Assembly: GCA_965223265.1 (NCBI GenBank)
Contig: OZ244999.1
Span: 288,001-352,000 of the forward strand
Length of the DNA: 64,000 nucleotides
Origin: Planctomycetota bacterium
Lineage (GTDB): Bacteria > Planctomycetota > UBA8108 > SXIK01
Direction: 5' to 3'
Shown here: positions 49,586 to 59,641 of the stretch, piece by piece
How positions within the stretch are numbered: the first letter of the stretch is position 1
How the letters are laid out: each line of letters begins with the position of its first letter
Translations under genes and position numbers: made by a program
Notes under the pieces: model-generated
Databases searched by the model: none
Seen by the model: the letters and a program-made list of their open reading frames with translations, nothing else
What the model was told of the DNA's origin: nothing

Positions 49586-49934
49586 TGATGAAGGCTCTGT
49601 GAGGCGTTGAGTTCGATTTTGACCTCCGTCGGCAATTAAGCGGGGATGCCCTGGAGCGAACCCAACGATCATTTTCTGGCAAGATCCAAATCTTCGCGTG
49701 CCCGAAAGATGTTCGTCGTCGGAAGGCTTTTTGATTACAGCGAGCTTCGATAACCCATCGTGCCGCGCTTCCACACGTCTTCGCTGCGCGCAGATTGGTC
49801 GCACTTCTCGCTTGAGCACTTTAAGACGGTTCGGTTATTCTAGCTGATACTTCGCCGGATGCGCAGGTTCACCGCGACGCCGTTGGTCCCAACGGAACGG
49901 CGCTGGACCCGCGGGCTTGTGGATCGAGGCAGTC

Positions 49935-51686
49935 ATGAGCGAGCGACCTCTCCTCCGCGTTTTCGTCTCCTCAACCGCCGAGGATTTGAAGGATCACCGT
50001 GCCAGGGTTTTTGAGGCGCTGCTCTTGTTGGGGGATCTACCAGTCGCCATGGAGGCGTTCGGCGCCGACCCGGGTGATCCCGTCGAGGTGTGCCGCGAGC
50101 GCGTGCGGGAGTGTGACATCCTCATCGTCCTGGTCGGCCGTCGCTACGGATGGGTTCCACGTGCGGATGAAGGCGGCGACGACCGGCGAAGCATCACGTG
50201 GATTGAAGTCGACACCGCGCTGGAAGCCGGGAAGCCCGTGTTCGCCTTTCTCGAAGTCGCGGATCCTTCAGCGGCGGAACCTGCAGAAGACGGCCCCGCG
50301 ATCGGGCGACTGCGGGAATTCCGGGAATTTCTAGAGCGGGACGCTCGCCTGACCCGCGACGTGTTCACGACTCCGGACAATCTCGGCATGAAGGTAGCCA
50401 CGAGCGTTTCCGGAGCGATCCGACCGTCGCGTGGCCGCCTTCGTGTGTGGATCGCCGCGACGGTTGTCTTGCTTGTTGGCCTCGTTTGCGAGTGGCTGCA
50501 GGTCTTCAGCGGCTCGATCGACCCTGCAACGGACGATTTGGTCATGGGCTACGCGGAACGACTCGATCCGACTTCAGTCGACGATCGCATCGCGATCGCA
50601 ATGATTGATCAGCACACCATTGATGCATTCGGCGTCGAGTTCGGACCGAGCTGGCGCGCCTTCCATGCAGAGTTCGTTTCTCGACTCTCACGTGCGAGGG
50701 CACACGTCATCGCCTTTGATATCTTCTTTCCTTCGCCGACGGAACATGACCTCTCGTTCCGCGACGCGATCAAGTCGGCTCGGAGTATAGGTTGCCGCGT
50801 GGTCGTCGGCGTTGCTGAGTGGGGCGAGCAGCAACCGCAACTCTCCGAGATTCTCCGCAGCGAAGTGAGTGGATTCGGATCGCTCTGCACGACGGAGAGG
50901 AAAGGGGCGGAGAGGTTCGTGTCCGGAGCTCTCGAATCCCGCGGTCGATCGATCGTTCCAGCCTTTGCTGTCAGCGTGTTTGCCGCGGCAGGCGAGTACG
51001 ACGACTTCGCTATTATGGAGATCGGTGACCGCCCACCGAGGATGAAGGTCTCTCTCGGCGGAGAGGAGCTTTGGTGGCGTGTTTTCGAGACGATCGAAGT
51101 CACAGAGCGAGATAAGGAATCGCCTACGCGTGGAGGGGTCGAAGCCATTGGCTGCCCGCTCGAGTCGGTTGGCGACAAAGTCGCGCTCCTCGCATTCGAG
51201 CCGACCGCTCGGGAGGCGATCGGCTCACGAATCTTAAAGTACGAGGATCTCATTTCGGCGTCGGAGTCTGATCTCGCCCGCATGATCAGTGGCAAGATTG
51301 TCTTCGTCGGCGTCGACTCCGCTGTGGAGGAAAGGCGCGTTACCTATGCTCTTTCGAAAGAGTCTCGTCTGGGGGTAAGGATTCATGCTGATGCGTTGAA
51401 TACGCTTCTAGCGAAACGCCTCCTCCACCCGGCTGGGCACGATGTGCAGATCGTCCTCCTAGTTGTGAATAGTTTCATCGGCGCGTGGCTCGTCAAGGTG
51501 CGCCTTGCATGGCTGAGGCTGCTTGGGATCTTGGGTATGACCGGTGGCGTCGTCGCCGTCGCGCTCTTTCTTCATGTCGGCTATGCAATCGTGCTTCGAC
51601 CTGTGTATCCGCTCTTTGCCCTTTACGCGGCGGCCACTGCCACTTGGTTTTCCCGGCCGCGCTGGAGGGGCATTGGAAACCGGTAG
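49935..51686 (+). CDS. DUF4062 (TIR-like) + TM + CHASE2 + 3 TM sensor protein
   Basis: RVFVSST.EDL..R..PVAME.FGA..CDILIVLVGRRYG..SITWIE; CHASE2 RIAIAMID..W.RAFHA..VIAFDIFF..GKIVFVG..GVRIHADALNTL followed by three TMs. Confidence 0.9.
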   Translation: MSERPLLRVFVSSTAEDLKDHRARVFEALLLLGDLPVAMEAFGADPGDPVEVCRERVRECDILIVLVGRRYGWVPRADEGGDDRRSITWIEVDTALEAGKPVFAFLEVADPSAAEPAEDGPAIGRLREFREFLERDARLTRDVFTTPDNLGMKVATSVSGAIRPSRGRLRVWIAATVVLLVGLVCEWLQVFSGSIDPATDDLVMGYAERLDPTSVDDRIAIAMIDQHTIDAFGVEFGPSWRAFHAEFVSRLSRARAHVIAFDIFFPSPTEHDLSFRDAIKSARSIGCRVVVGVAEWGEQQPQLSEILRSEVSGFGSLCTTERKGAERFVSGALESRGRSIVPAFAVSVFAAAGEYDDFAIMEIGDRPPRMKVSLGGEELWWRVFETIEVTERDKESPTRGGVEAIGCPLESVGDKVALLAFEPTAREAIGSRILKYEDLISASESDLARMISGKIVFVGVDSAVEERRVTYALSKESRLGVRIHADALNTLLAKRLLHPAGHDVQIVLLVVNSFIGAWLVKVRLAWLRLLGILGMTGGVVAVALFLHVGYAIVLRPVYPLFALYAAATATWFSRPRWRGIGNR

Positions 51687-51696
51687 AGGAAACTCC

Positions 51697-53346
51697 ATGC
51701 AATTCGCACGGCAAGCCATCTTTGGACTCCTGTTGTTCACGGGCGCATGCGCCCCGAGAGTCGACTCGATTGTGGTCCGCGGTAAGCTGGCCGAGGCAGG
51801 TGAGTCAGTGGATGTCCAAGTCGTTCGCGACAAGGAGCTTGTCGACGTAGAGCCCGGGATGAAGCTCAAAGAGGCCGATGTGCTGACAACAGGCTCTGAC
51901 CACACGGTGAAAGTCACAACGCGGGAAGCGGATTTTACTGTGTACCCGAGATCTACCATGACGCTCGGCGACAAGGAGGTGATCACTGACATCGCCACGA
52001 TTGCGATCAGTGCTCGCAAGGCGGTACGCGCACGGAGCTCGTCCACGGTATCTGGGACTCGCGGCACCGAATATTTTTTCGAGGAACTCGTGCTCGGCGA
52101 TCAGAGAACGGTCAAGGTCACCGTCATTTCCGGCGTTGTCTCCGTCAGCTCTCCGACGAACGCCTTTTCGGAGTTGACGCTGAGGCCTCGCGAGCAGGTC
52201 GTCGTCGCCGCGAAGCCGGAGCCAGTGCGGACGCTCGGCGCGAAAGAGTTCAATGACTACGTCAACAAGCAAAATGATGTTCAAAGGGTGATCGGGAAAG
52301 GCGCGAAGTTTCTCATGCCCGGCGTGGTTGGTCAGCCCGAGCCCGACGCGAACGGCCTTCTCTCTCAATGGGGGTTCGCAATCAATCGTGTCCCGACGAT
52401 CGAGGGTAATGAGGATCAGATGGGGAAGGTTGTTCGTCAGGACCCCGACGCTGGCACGAGGGTCAACCCAACCGGCGTCACCGTTCGGTTGCACGTCCGT
52501 GTGCGTGCTGTTGACGTGCCGAGCGTAATCGGGCTGAGCTTGTCCGAGGCTCGTAGAGTACTGCACGAGGCCGAACTGGTAGGCGAGCGCGCCGGGGAGT
52601 CGATCTCTGGCCAGTTCGCGGCGGGTGAGGTAAATAGCCAAGAGCCATCCGCATCGGCTCAGGTCCCCGAAAGTACCACCGTGCGGTTGATCGTTGAAGC
52701 CGAGTCAGTCGTCGTGCCTGATGTTCGCGGCATCGATCTCGACAGTGCCAGGCGAACGGTAGCTGAAGCAAGGCTCGAATTGAACGTCGGCGGGGAGAGC
52801 TTCCGCGCGGGCATCGAGCGTCCCGAGGTCGAGCGTCAGAAGCCAGCCGCCGGAGCGCGTGTGAGTCCTGGCACCGTGGTGTCTGTCGACGTCCTCAACC
52901 CCGGGTTCGCCGTTCCTCGACTGATCGATCTGAGCCGCCAAGCCGCCGAGCGTGCCTTAGCGGAAAACGGACTCCGGCTGGGACGTGTCACTGAAGAGCA
53001 CAGCACGCGTTACAAGGCGGGACGTGTCCTACACCAGGCGTACGGCGCGGATACTCTCTTGGGAAGCGGCGCGTCCGTCGACATCGTCGTCTCGAAGGGA
53101 CCGGAGCAGTGCAGCGTGCCTCAGCTCGCCCCATATCGGCGCAGCGATGGCCGCTGGCAGTATACCTACCTCCCTGAAGCTCGACAGAAGCTCGCTAGTG
53201 CCGGACTGCAGCTTGTGATTCGTGGTTCGGCTCCCCCTCGCGACAGAGAGGGCAAGTATTACGTCCAGGAGCAGGACATATCGCCGAATAGTCGAGTCGA
53301 CTGCGGCAGTCCTGTTGGTGTGCGCCTTCTGAGAGTCGTGGAGTGA
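51697..53346 (+). CDS. Lipoprotein with FecR-like domain and five PASTA repeats
   Basis: GAGGA RBS; lipobox FTGAC; GMKLKEADVLTTG..GTRGTEY..VTVISGVVSV; repeats MPGVVGQ, VPSVIGL, VPDVRGI, VPRLIDL, VPQL with Q.P.AG motifs. Confidence 0.88.
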   Translation: MQFARQAIFGLLLFTGACAPRVDSIVVRGKLAEAGESVDVQVVRDKELVDVEPGMKLKEADVLTTGSDHTVKVTTREADFTVYPRSTMTLGDKEVITDIATIAISARKAVRARSSSTVSGTRGTEYFFEELVLGDQRTVKVTVISGVVSVSSPTNAFSELTLRPREQVVVAAKPEPVRTLGAKEFNDYVNKQNDVQRVIGKGAKFLMPGVVGQPEPDANGLLSQWGFAINRVPTIEGNEDQMGKVVRQDPDAGTRVNPTGVTVRLHVRVRAVDVPSVIGLSLSEARRVLHEAELVGERAGESISGQFAAGEVNSQEPSASAQVPESTTVRLIVEAESVVVPDVRGIDLDSARRTVAEARLELNVGGESFRAGIERPEVERQKPAAGARVSPGTVVSVDVLNPGFAVPRLIDLSRQAAERALAENGLRLGRVTEEHSTRYKAGRVLHQAYGADTLLGSGASVDIVVSKGPEQCSVPQLAPYRRSDGRWQYTYLPEARQKLASAGLQLVIRGSAPPRDREGKYYVQEQDISPNSRVDCGSPVGVRLLRVVE

Positions 53347-53945
53347 ATTTCTGCGGCGGTCACGACCGTCGCTCCGCGGTACACTCGCGCGGCACTTGGT
53401 CGGCACACTGGTCTGGGGCCGCGAGCCGGCAGTGAATCTACGTACGTTGATCTCTGCCACGTCGCCTTCGGGAGCCACGAAGGCGCGCCCCTCAATCGAT
53501 GTCGGCTTCCGGCGTGGTCTCGTCTTAGCCGGCGATCGTCTATCTTGACGACGAACAAGAGCAGAAATAGCCAAACTAGACGATAGGCTAGACCTCAATC
53601 TACGAACTCTTTTTGATGACACGCCGCTGTTTTTTTTTCGATTCCGAGGGTCATTCGCGCTGTCTCCTGTCAGTCTGACCGTATTTCCTGGCCTGTTGGG
53701 AAAAGACTTGCGCCGAGCGCGCCTCTTCGCGACACTGCGAACGTGGACTACGGTCCATCGGCACGAGTGTTGGGGCGCGATCAGGAGGTTGTTGCAGGAC
53801 GCGGGCTCTTGGGATTTGGCGCAGTCATGGTGTCGTCTCGACCATCGGGCAGCCGATCGCCTTGTTCCTTCGCCTCGACGACCGTCTCAGTGTGGTCCGG
53901 CTAGTCGATGGCCGAGCATAACGAGAGTCTAGGGGAGGTGAACCA

Positions 53946-55076
53946 ATGAGTTGGATCGAATCGCTCGAACCAAACGCTCAGCAGCAGCGAAAGTTGCTTG
54001 CACTCGACGGCGGAGGCATCCGAGGAATCATGACGATCGAGATCCTTGCTGGACTCGAGCGCATGCTGCGCGACGAAACCGGCGGTGGAGAGGACTTTGT
54101 CCTCGCCGATTACTTCGACGCCATCGCCGGCACCAGCACAGGCGCGATCATCGCTGCATGTTTATCGCGTGGTATGTCAGTTGAGAGCGTGCGCCGCTTC
54201 TATATCGATAGCGGGCCTGACATGTTTCAAAAGGCCAATCTTTTTCGGCGTTTCCGTTACAAATACGAGGACGACAAGCTTGCCGCGAAGATACGAGACG
54301 TTGTCGGTGCCGACGCGACGCTCGGAGACCCGTCGCTGCGCACCATCCTCATGATGGTCCTGCGGAACGCCACGACGGATTCACCGTGGCCGTTGTCGAA
54401 CAATCCCAAGGCGAAATACAACGACCCTGGTCGCGGCGACTGCAACTTGCAGCTTCCACTTTGGCAGTTGATTCGCGCCAGTACCGCGGCGCCGACGTAT
54501 TTCCCACCTGAAGTGATCGAATTCGACAACGGAAGATATGAGTTCGTCTTCGTCGATGGCGGAATTACACCCTACAACAATCCCGCCTTTCAGCTCTTCC
54601 TCATGTGCACCATTCAGCCGTACCGGCTTCAGTGGCCGACCGGAGAAGACAAAATGCTTTTGGTCTCCGTCGGTACCGGGACGAATCCAGAGGCGAACGC
54701 TGACTTGGCGCCCGGCGATATGAATTTGTTCTACAACGCCGGTTCGATTCCCTCGGCTCTCATGTTCGCAGCGCTCAACGAGCAGGATCTGCTCTGCCGG
54801 GTCTTCGGCAACTGTCTTTCCGGCGAGTCCATCGATCGTGAGGTGGGCGACTTGAGAAATATTCCAGCGCTGGGCGATGAAAAGCTGTTCACCTACATGC
54901 GTTACAACGCGGAGTTGTCTGAGGACGGACTGAAGCGCCTGGATTTGCCCGACGTCAAACCGGACGACGTCGCAAAACTCGATTCCATTCGGCATATCGA
55001 GGACTTGCAGCGGATCGGTACGCGCGTCGCCGAACGCGATCTCGACAAAGCGCACTACGCCGCATTCTTGAGTTGA
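53946..55076 (+). CDS. Patatin-like phospholipase
   Basis: LALDGGGIRG, IAGTSTG, RASTAAPTYFPP, FVDGG..NNP, LVSVGTG; GGAGG RBS. Confidence 0.95.
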   Translation: MSWIESLEPNAQQQRKLLALDGGGIRGIMTIEILAGLERMLRDETGGGEDFVLADYFDAIAGTSTGAIIAACLSRGMSVESVRRFYIDSGPDMFQKANLFRRFRYKYEDDKLAAKIRDVVGADATLGDPSLRTILMMVLRNATTDSPWPLSNNPKAKYNDPGRGDCNLQLPLWQLIRASTAAPTYFPPEVIEFDNGRYEFVFVDGGITPYNNPAFQLFLMCTIQPYRLQWPTGEDKMLLVSVGTGTNPEANADLAPGDMNLFYNAGSIPSALMFAALNEQDLLCRVFGNCLSGESIDREVGDLRNIPALGDEKLFTYMRYNAELSEDGLKRLDLPDVKPDDVAKLDSIRHIEDLQRIGTRVAERDLDKAHYAAFLS

Positions 55077-55157
55077 CGCTGCTTTGTCTCTAAACGGGGC
55101 GTGCAACGAGCTCGTGGGAAACCGCCCCGCTCTCTTACTGATCGAAACGGAGGCGTG

Positions 55158-56468
55158 ATGAACGAACAGGTCAGAGCGATACGCGATCAGCAGCAAGTAG
55201 AGCTTCAGCAGCGCTGGCTCAAGTTTGCCCCGGTGCCGCCGGAGCGTGGAACGAACTCTTATGACGTCTTCATCAGCTACCGGTCTTCGGATCGCGAATG
55301 GGCCATGGCGCTTTACGACGCACTCGAGATGGCGGGCTGGAAGGCGTTTCTGGATCAGTACGAGCTCGTTCCCGGGAGCGACCTGGAAACAGCGCTCACG
55401 GAAGCGCTCGAAGCGAGCTCGTCCGGCGTGATCCTCTGGTCGAGTCGGACGGAGGACTCGGAGTGGTGCAAGCGCGAGCGCAGGGCCATGCGATCGCTGA
55501 AGGACCAGTCGGCGTCGTTTCACTACCTTTTTGCAAAACTCGACACTAAGCCGCTGCCGCGGTTTGCTCAAGCCGATCTCTACACCGACTTCGAGGATAG
55601 CCCGGAGGGACCGCGTGGCGTTCACCTGCTGCAGCTCATGTGTGGGATGCGTGGCGTCAAATTGGCGCCAGAAGCGGTGGCGATGGCGCAGCAGGTCGAT
55701 CAGAACGCAAAGGAGATGTTGGTGGCCATACGAGGTGCGTTCCAAGGGGACAATGCGGACCGCCTCCTTGAGCTCGGCACGTCGGGAGAACCTGGCGTGC
55801 TCGCGTCACCGACACCCATGCTGGAGGCGGCCCAGGGCTTGATCAGCATGGGACGAGTTGATGCCGCACTCGAGGTGCTACAGCACGCGCACGCGTACTT
55901 TCCCAAGTCGATTCGGGTGCGGCAGCTCGAGGGGCTCGCGCTGCGCCGAGCGGAGAAGTATCAGGAAGCCATCGATGTCCTCTCCGAGCTGAAAGCCGCG
56001 GGGCACCAGGATCCTGAGACCATGGGGATCCTGGCGGCGGCTTGGGATGGCCGCTACCGCGAGTCCGGCAAGTTGCTACACCTCCGCAAGTCGCGCGAGC
56101 TGTACCGTACGGCCTTTCAGGCCGACCCGACGGACTATTACACAGGGATCAACGCCGCGTCGAAGTCGCTCTTTCTCAGCGAGGCGGACGAAGCGTCGCG
56201 GCTCGCCGCCGAGGTTCTTCCTTTGGTCGAAACGGCCGTCGACGGCGAAGATTTTTACGCCGGCTGCACGTTGGGTGAGGTCCACCTCTTGCAGAAGAAT
56301 GTGGGATCTGCGGCGGCGCTGTATCAGAAGGTCGTCGACAAGCACTTCGAGCGAGCTGGCGACCTTCGCGGAACGCGACAACAGGCAGCAAGAATCTGCG
56401 CAGCGCACGAGCTAAGTGTGGAGGAGACTGAGAAGGTGTTGACGCCGTTCGCGTTGATCGAAGAGTGA
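55158..56468 (+). CDS. TIR + TPR domain of DUF4071 / MAP3K TRAF-binding type
   Basis: YDVFISYRSSDREWA..FLDQYELVPG..SEWCKRE; DPETMGILAAAW..SRELYRTAF..DYYTGINAAS..FYAGCTLGE. Confidence 0.88.
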   Translation: MNEQVRAIRDQQQVELQQRWLKFAPVPPERGTNSYDVFISYRSSDREWAMALYDALEMAGWKAFLDQYELVPGSDLETALTEALEASSSGVILWSSRTEDSEWCKRERRAMRSLKDQSASFHYLFAKLDTKPLPRFAQADLYTDFEDSPEGPRGVHLLQLMCGMRGVKLAPEAVAMAQQVDQNAKEMLVAIRGAFQGDNADRLLELGTSGEPGVLASPTPMLEAAQGLISMGRVDAALEVLQHAHAYFPKSIRVRQLEGLALRRAEKYQEAIDVLSELKAAGHQDPETMGILAAAWDGRYRESGKLLHLRKSRELYRTAFQADPTDYYTGINAASKSLFLSEADEASRLAAEVLPLVETAVDGEDFYAGCTLGEVHLLQKNVGSAAALYQKVVDKHFERAGDLRGTRQQAARICAAHELSVEETEKVLTPFALIEE

Positions 56469-56622
56469 CGTATGTCGTCGAGCTGTGAGATGGCCAACTC
56501 GTTTGATCCGTCTGTTGTGAGAGAGTCTGCGGCCGAAGTTTCGTGTCGGCGGACGACGACCACCATGCTTCAATCGCTTCAGCCGTGCTTTCAGTGTGCT
56601 GGGTGTCTTCGCGAGTCGTGAT

Positions 56623-58164
56623 ATGAGACAGCGCTATCGGCCTCAGTTCGACCTTGACACGTGGCGCCGGATGCTCGACGCGAGCGACCAAGCCTGGTCA
56701 GCCGTCGTGACGTCTGTGCGCAGGGACTCGGCTTACGCCTTCATTGCAGCTTTTACGGTGTGGCCGGCGATCGACGCGATCCGATCAGGTGACAAAGCCG
56801 CTCTCGCCCTGCTGCGTCGCTTGTTGCCGTCAACCGGTGAACAGCTTGCGTCGCTGCTGGCGGACTGCTCGGACGAGCTCGAGGCCGCTAAACGGCTCGA
56901 TGAGGTTTTGCGCTCACAGCGGTGGCTCTACGACGTGCTGGACCTCTTGATCGAAGAGCTCGGCTCGATGGAGCTCGTCTTGAGGCAGGCGGCAGGCGGC
57001 GAGCGACGTCACGAGTTTTTCATACTCGCGAGCGAGCTGCGCGCACGCCGACGAGGACGAACACCTGCGGACCCGGGTCGTCGCTCGGCGCGAAGAGGGC
57101 GTGCTCGCACTTTCGACGAAGAAGCTCCTTCGGCCGCTCGCGAGGCGCCTCCGGTCTTTCGCGAGGCGTTCACCGACGGCGCGGCAGAAGAGTCTCCAGC
57201 ATCTGAATCGGGAGAGGAGATCGCGGAAACAGAAGCCGCGGTAAGCGAAGCGGGAGCCGGTGAAGCCGCAGCCTCCGAGGGTGCCGATACTGGTGTGATT
57301 CCACCCGCACCACCCGACCCGGTTCTCCTCGGCGCCTCCGCTCCCAGCGCCGTTCAGCCCGGCGATGAGTTCACCGCGCGCTGCGTCGCCTACGTCGAGG
57401 CGCACGAGCCTAAGATCCGCGAGATTCTCACCAGCCTTAGTCCGCGCTCCCCTCAGCACCTCGGTCTGAAGAAGTGTCGCTGGCAGCGTGGGACCCCCGT
57501 TACCGTCATCTGCGAAGGAAGGCACCTGAACGTCGACGAACCCGCGCGTGAGTTCGTTTGGGACGGCGAGTTTGCCTTGGTCGAATTCGACGTCACGGTC
57601 GCGGAGTCTGCGCCTGATGGAACAACGGTCCTCAAGTTCAATGTCGCCGTCGATGGCGTTCGGCTTGCACGACTGCGCGTCGACTTGCAAGTCTCGTCTG
57701 CGAAGCAGTCGAGCGATCCTCAATTTATCGAGGCGCGCCCAGCTGAAACCGCGTTCGCTTCCTACGCCTCCGAAGATCGCCCGCGCGTTCTCGATCGAGT
57801 CTCAGCGGTCAAGATCAGCGCCGGACTCGACGTCTTTCTGGATTGTGTCTCGCTGCGTGTCGGCGAGGAGTGGAAGCCAGCTCTGCTACGTGAGATCGAT
57901 GGCCGCGATCTTTTTCTTCTCTTCTGGAGTAAGAACGCACGTACTTCAGACTGGGTCGAATGGGAGTGGCGAACCGCTCTGGAGAGCAAGGGGCGCGAGG
58001 CGTTCCAGTTCCATCCACTGGACACCCCGGACGACGCGCCGCCGCCCCAGGAGCTGAAGGGACTCCACTTCGGCGACCCGCTTGTGGTGCTGCGGCGTGA
58101 TGCGCAGGAGCGGCGCAAGAAGGCAGGCGGTGATGCGGATTCGAAGGGCTCTGGAGATCGGTGA
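56623..58164 (+). CDS. Helical N-domain + acidic linker + beta-sandwich + C-terminal TIR
   Basis: C-terminal AFASYASEDR..DVFLDCVSLRVGEEW..DLFLLFWS.NA..SDWVEWEW..PPPQEL..LHFGD. Confidence 0.85.
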   Translation: MRQRYRPQFDLDTWRRMLDASDQAWSAVVTSVRRDSAYAFIAAFTVWPAIDAIRSGDKAALALLRRLLPSTGEQLASLLADCSDELEAAKRLDEVLRSQRWLYDVLDLLIEELGSMELVLRQAAGGERRHEFFILASELRARRRGRTPADPGRRSARRGRARTFDEEAPSAAREAPPVFREAFTDGAAEESPASESGEEIAETEAAVSEAGAGEAAASEGADTGVIPPAPPDPVLLGASAPSAVQPGDEFTARCVAYVEAHEPKIREILTSLSPRSPQHLGLKKCRWQRGTPVTVICEGRHLNVDEPAREFVWDGEFALVEFDVTVAESAPDGTTVLKFNVAVDGVRLARLRVDLQVSSAKQSSDPQFIEARPAETAFASYASEDRPRVLDRVSAVKISAGLDVFLDCVSLRVGEEWKPALLREIDGRDLFLLFWSKNARTSDWVEWEWRTALESKGREAFQFHPLDTPDDAPPPQELKGLHFGDPLVVLRRDAQERRKKAGGDADSKGSGDR

Positions 58165-58389
58165 GGTGCCGACACGTACCCTTGGGCGTTGGCAATTTCG
58201 GTAGTGAAGGTCACACGTTCGATCAGGAGCGTGGAGCGACGCACACCACCTCCTCAAGTCGGGGAAGAAAGCGCCTCCGCCGACCAACGCTCATCGATTC
58301 CGTGTACACCGATCGCACTACGCATCGGTTCGGCAGAAGCGGAATTCGATTGAAGTCGAAGTCAACTGGGGAAATACTGCGAATGTTAA

Positions 58390-58532
58390 CGAGCCTATTG
58401 AAAAGTGCGTCGAGCTGAAACTGGTCGCTTTGCGTCCAGATCGGCAGCCGCGAACGTGGGTAATCTCCGAGATTTTCAGGGCGCACCGCGACCGGACTGG
58501 TTTCTCAGCCGAATGACTTTTCAACGGGCTGG
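58390..58532. mobile_element. MITE copy 2 (143 bp), inverted relative to copy 1
   Basis: Terminal inverted repeats CGAGCCTATTGAAAAGT / ACTTTTCAACGGGCTGG (14 of 17 match), flanked by TTAA at 58386-58389 and 58533-58536. Confidence 0.85.
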
Positions 58533-58553
58533 TTAAACGCCAGAGGAACGCGC

Positions 58554-59069
58554 ATGGCATTTCAACTCGCGCGCAGTGGCAAGGCTAGGCTGGTCGACAG
58601 CTCGCCACCTGTGGGGAAGTCGAGCAGATCGATTCCGGGAGTGTCCGTCCTTCAGCTCCGACGCGGGACGCGGGGACATGTCATTTCACCTGTGCTCGAT
58701 GTTCGGAGGATCCAGAGAAAATGTTCCTGCGAGGGGAATTGCCCTCGTTGTGCGCACACCAACGTGCAGGTGAGCCAGCCGGGCGATCGGTACGAGCTCG
58801 AAGCTGATCGCGTTGCCGAAGAAGTGATCTGGAGGTCCGAGCCGGTAGAGAAGGCGGGTCATGGATTCGTGCAGCGCTTCACGGGGAGGGGCGTTCAACG
58901 GAAGTACAAAAGCCACGAGTCGCAGCCGCAATTCGTCGAAAACCGGAGAGAAGAACTGCGAGGATCGCGGGCTGAAGTAGCGGAACCCGTACGTGACGTG
59001 TTGCGCTCATCGGGTCGTCCGCTGTCTGACCCTTGTCACAACCGCTGGAGATCTACCGGAGGCGCGTAA
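58554..59069 (+). pseudogene. N-terminal fragment of a DUF4157 eCIS effector
   Basis: IQRKCSCEGNCPRC..VSQPGDRYELEADRVAE..VRDVLRSSGRPL, then breaks off exactly where the DUF4157 core should begin. Confidence 0.8.
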
Positions 59070-59422
59070 GTCACTGAGCACGGCGTGCACCGTCGAACTC
59101 GCAACGAGCTCGATGCTCCACGCAAGGCTGAACGTAGATTCGCTGCGGTGATGCCCCCCATTGGAAGGCCAAACCCAAGGTTGATGGAAGCGGTGTCTTC
59201 CGGCGTGTCCCAGCCTCGACTCGAGCTCGGCAAAAGCTCAGCGAATTGAGACCTCAACTGAAGCGCATTGAGTGAGAACCCGCAGAACCTCCCGATATAG
59301 GCATAGAATATGTTCCCTGGCAAATCGTGCTCGAAACACGTTCCGATGGACACTGTTGGGTCGCCAGAGCACTGCGGGGGACAGTGGGCACTCGAAAGAT
59401 TCGACCGGTTCAAGACAGAACT
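59036..59422 (-). pseudogene. Orphan C-terminal toxin fragment, Ntox44-like RNase
   Basis: HDLPGNIFYAYIG..GFS..L..SQFA..WDTPEDTASINLG; in-frame stop immediately upstream and no convincing start. Confidence 0.7.
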
Positions 59423-59641
59423 CTAACGTAACGACTTGGCGGGGCGGCACCGACTCTGAGGATGCGGTCCGACGCGGGGAACCTGCCCGGCACGCCGAGC
59501 GAAAGCCCGGGCACCGTAGTTCCAGTTACCGCCGCGAAGGACCCGGTCCCTCGAGCCCGACCGACGAACAGGAATTCTCCCCCCGCTTCGGGTGCCATAG
59601 AAGTCTGCATCCCAGGGGCGCCTCAAGATCCCAATCGATCA

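Noticed and set aside
53621-53640. Rho-independent terminator at the T9 run
   Set aside because: No convincing GC hairpin immediately upstream.
53946-55076. CBASS (capV)
   Set aside because: No CD-NTase or Cap2/Cap3 genes in the window.
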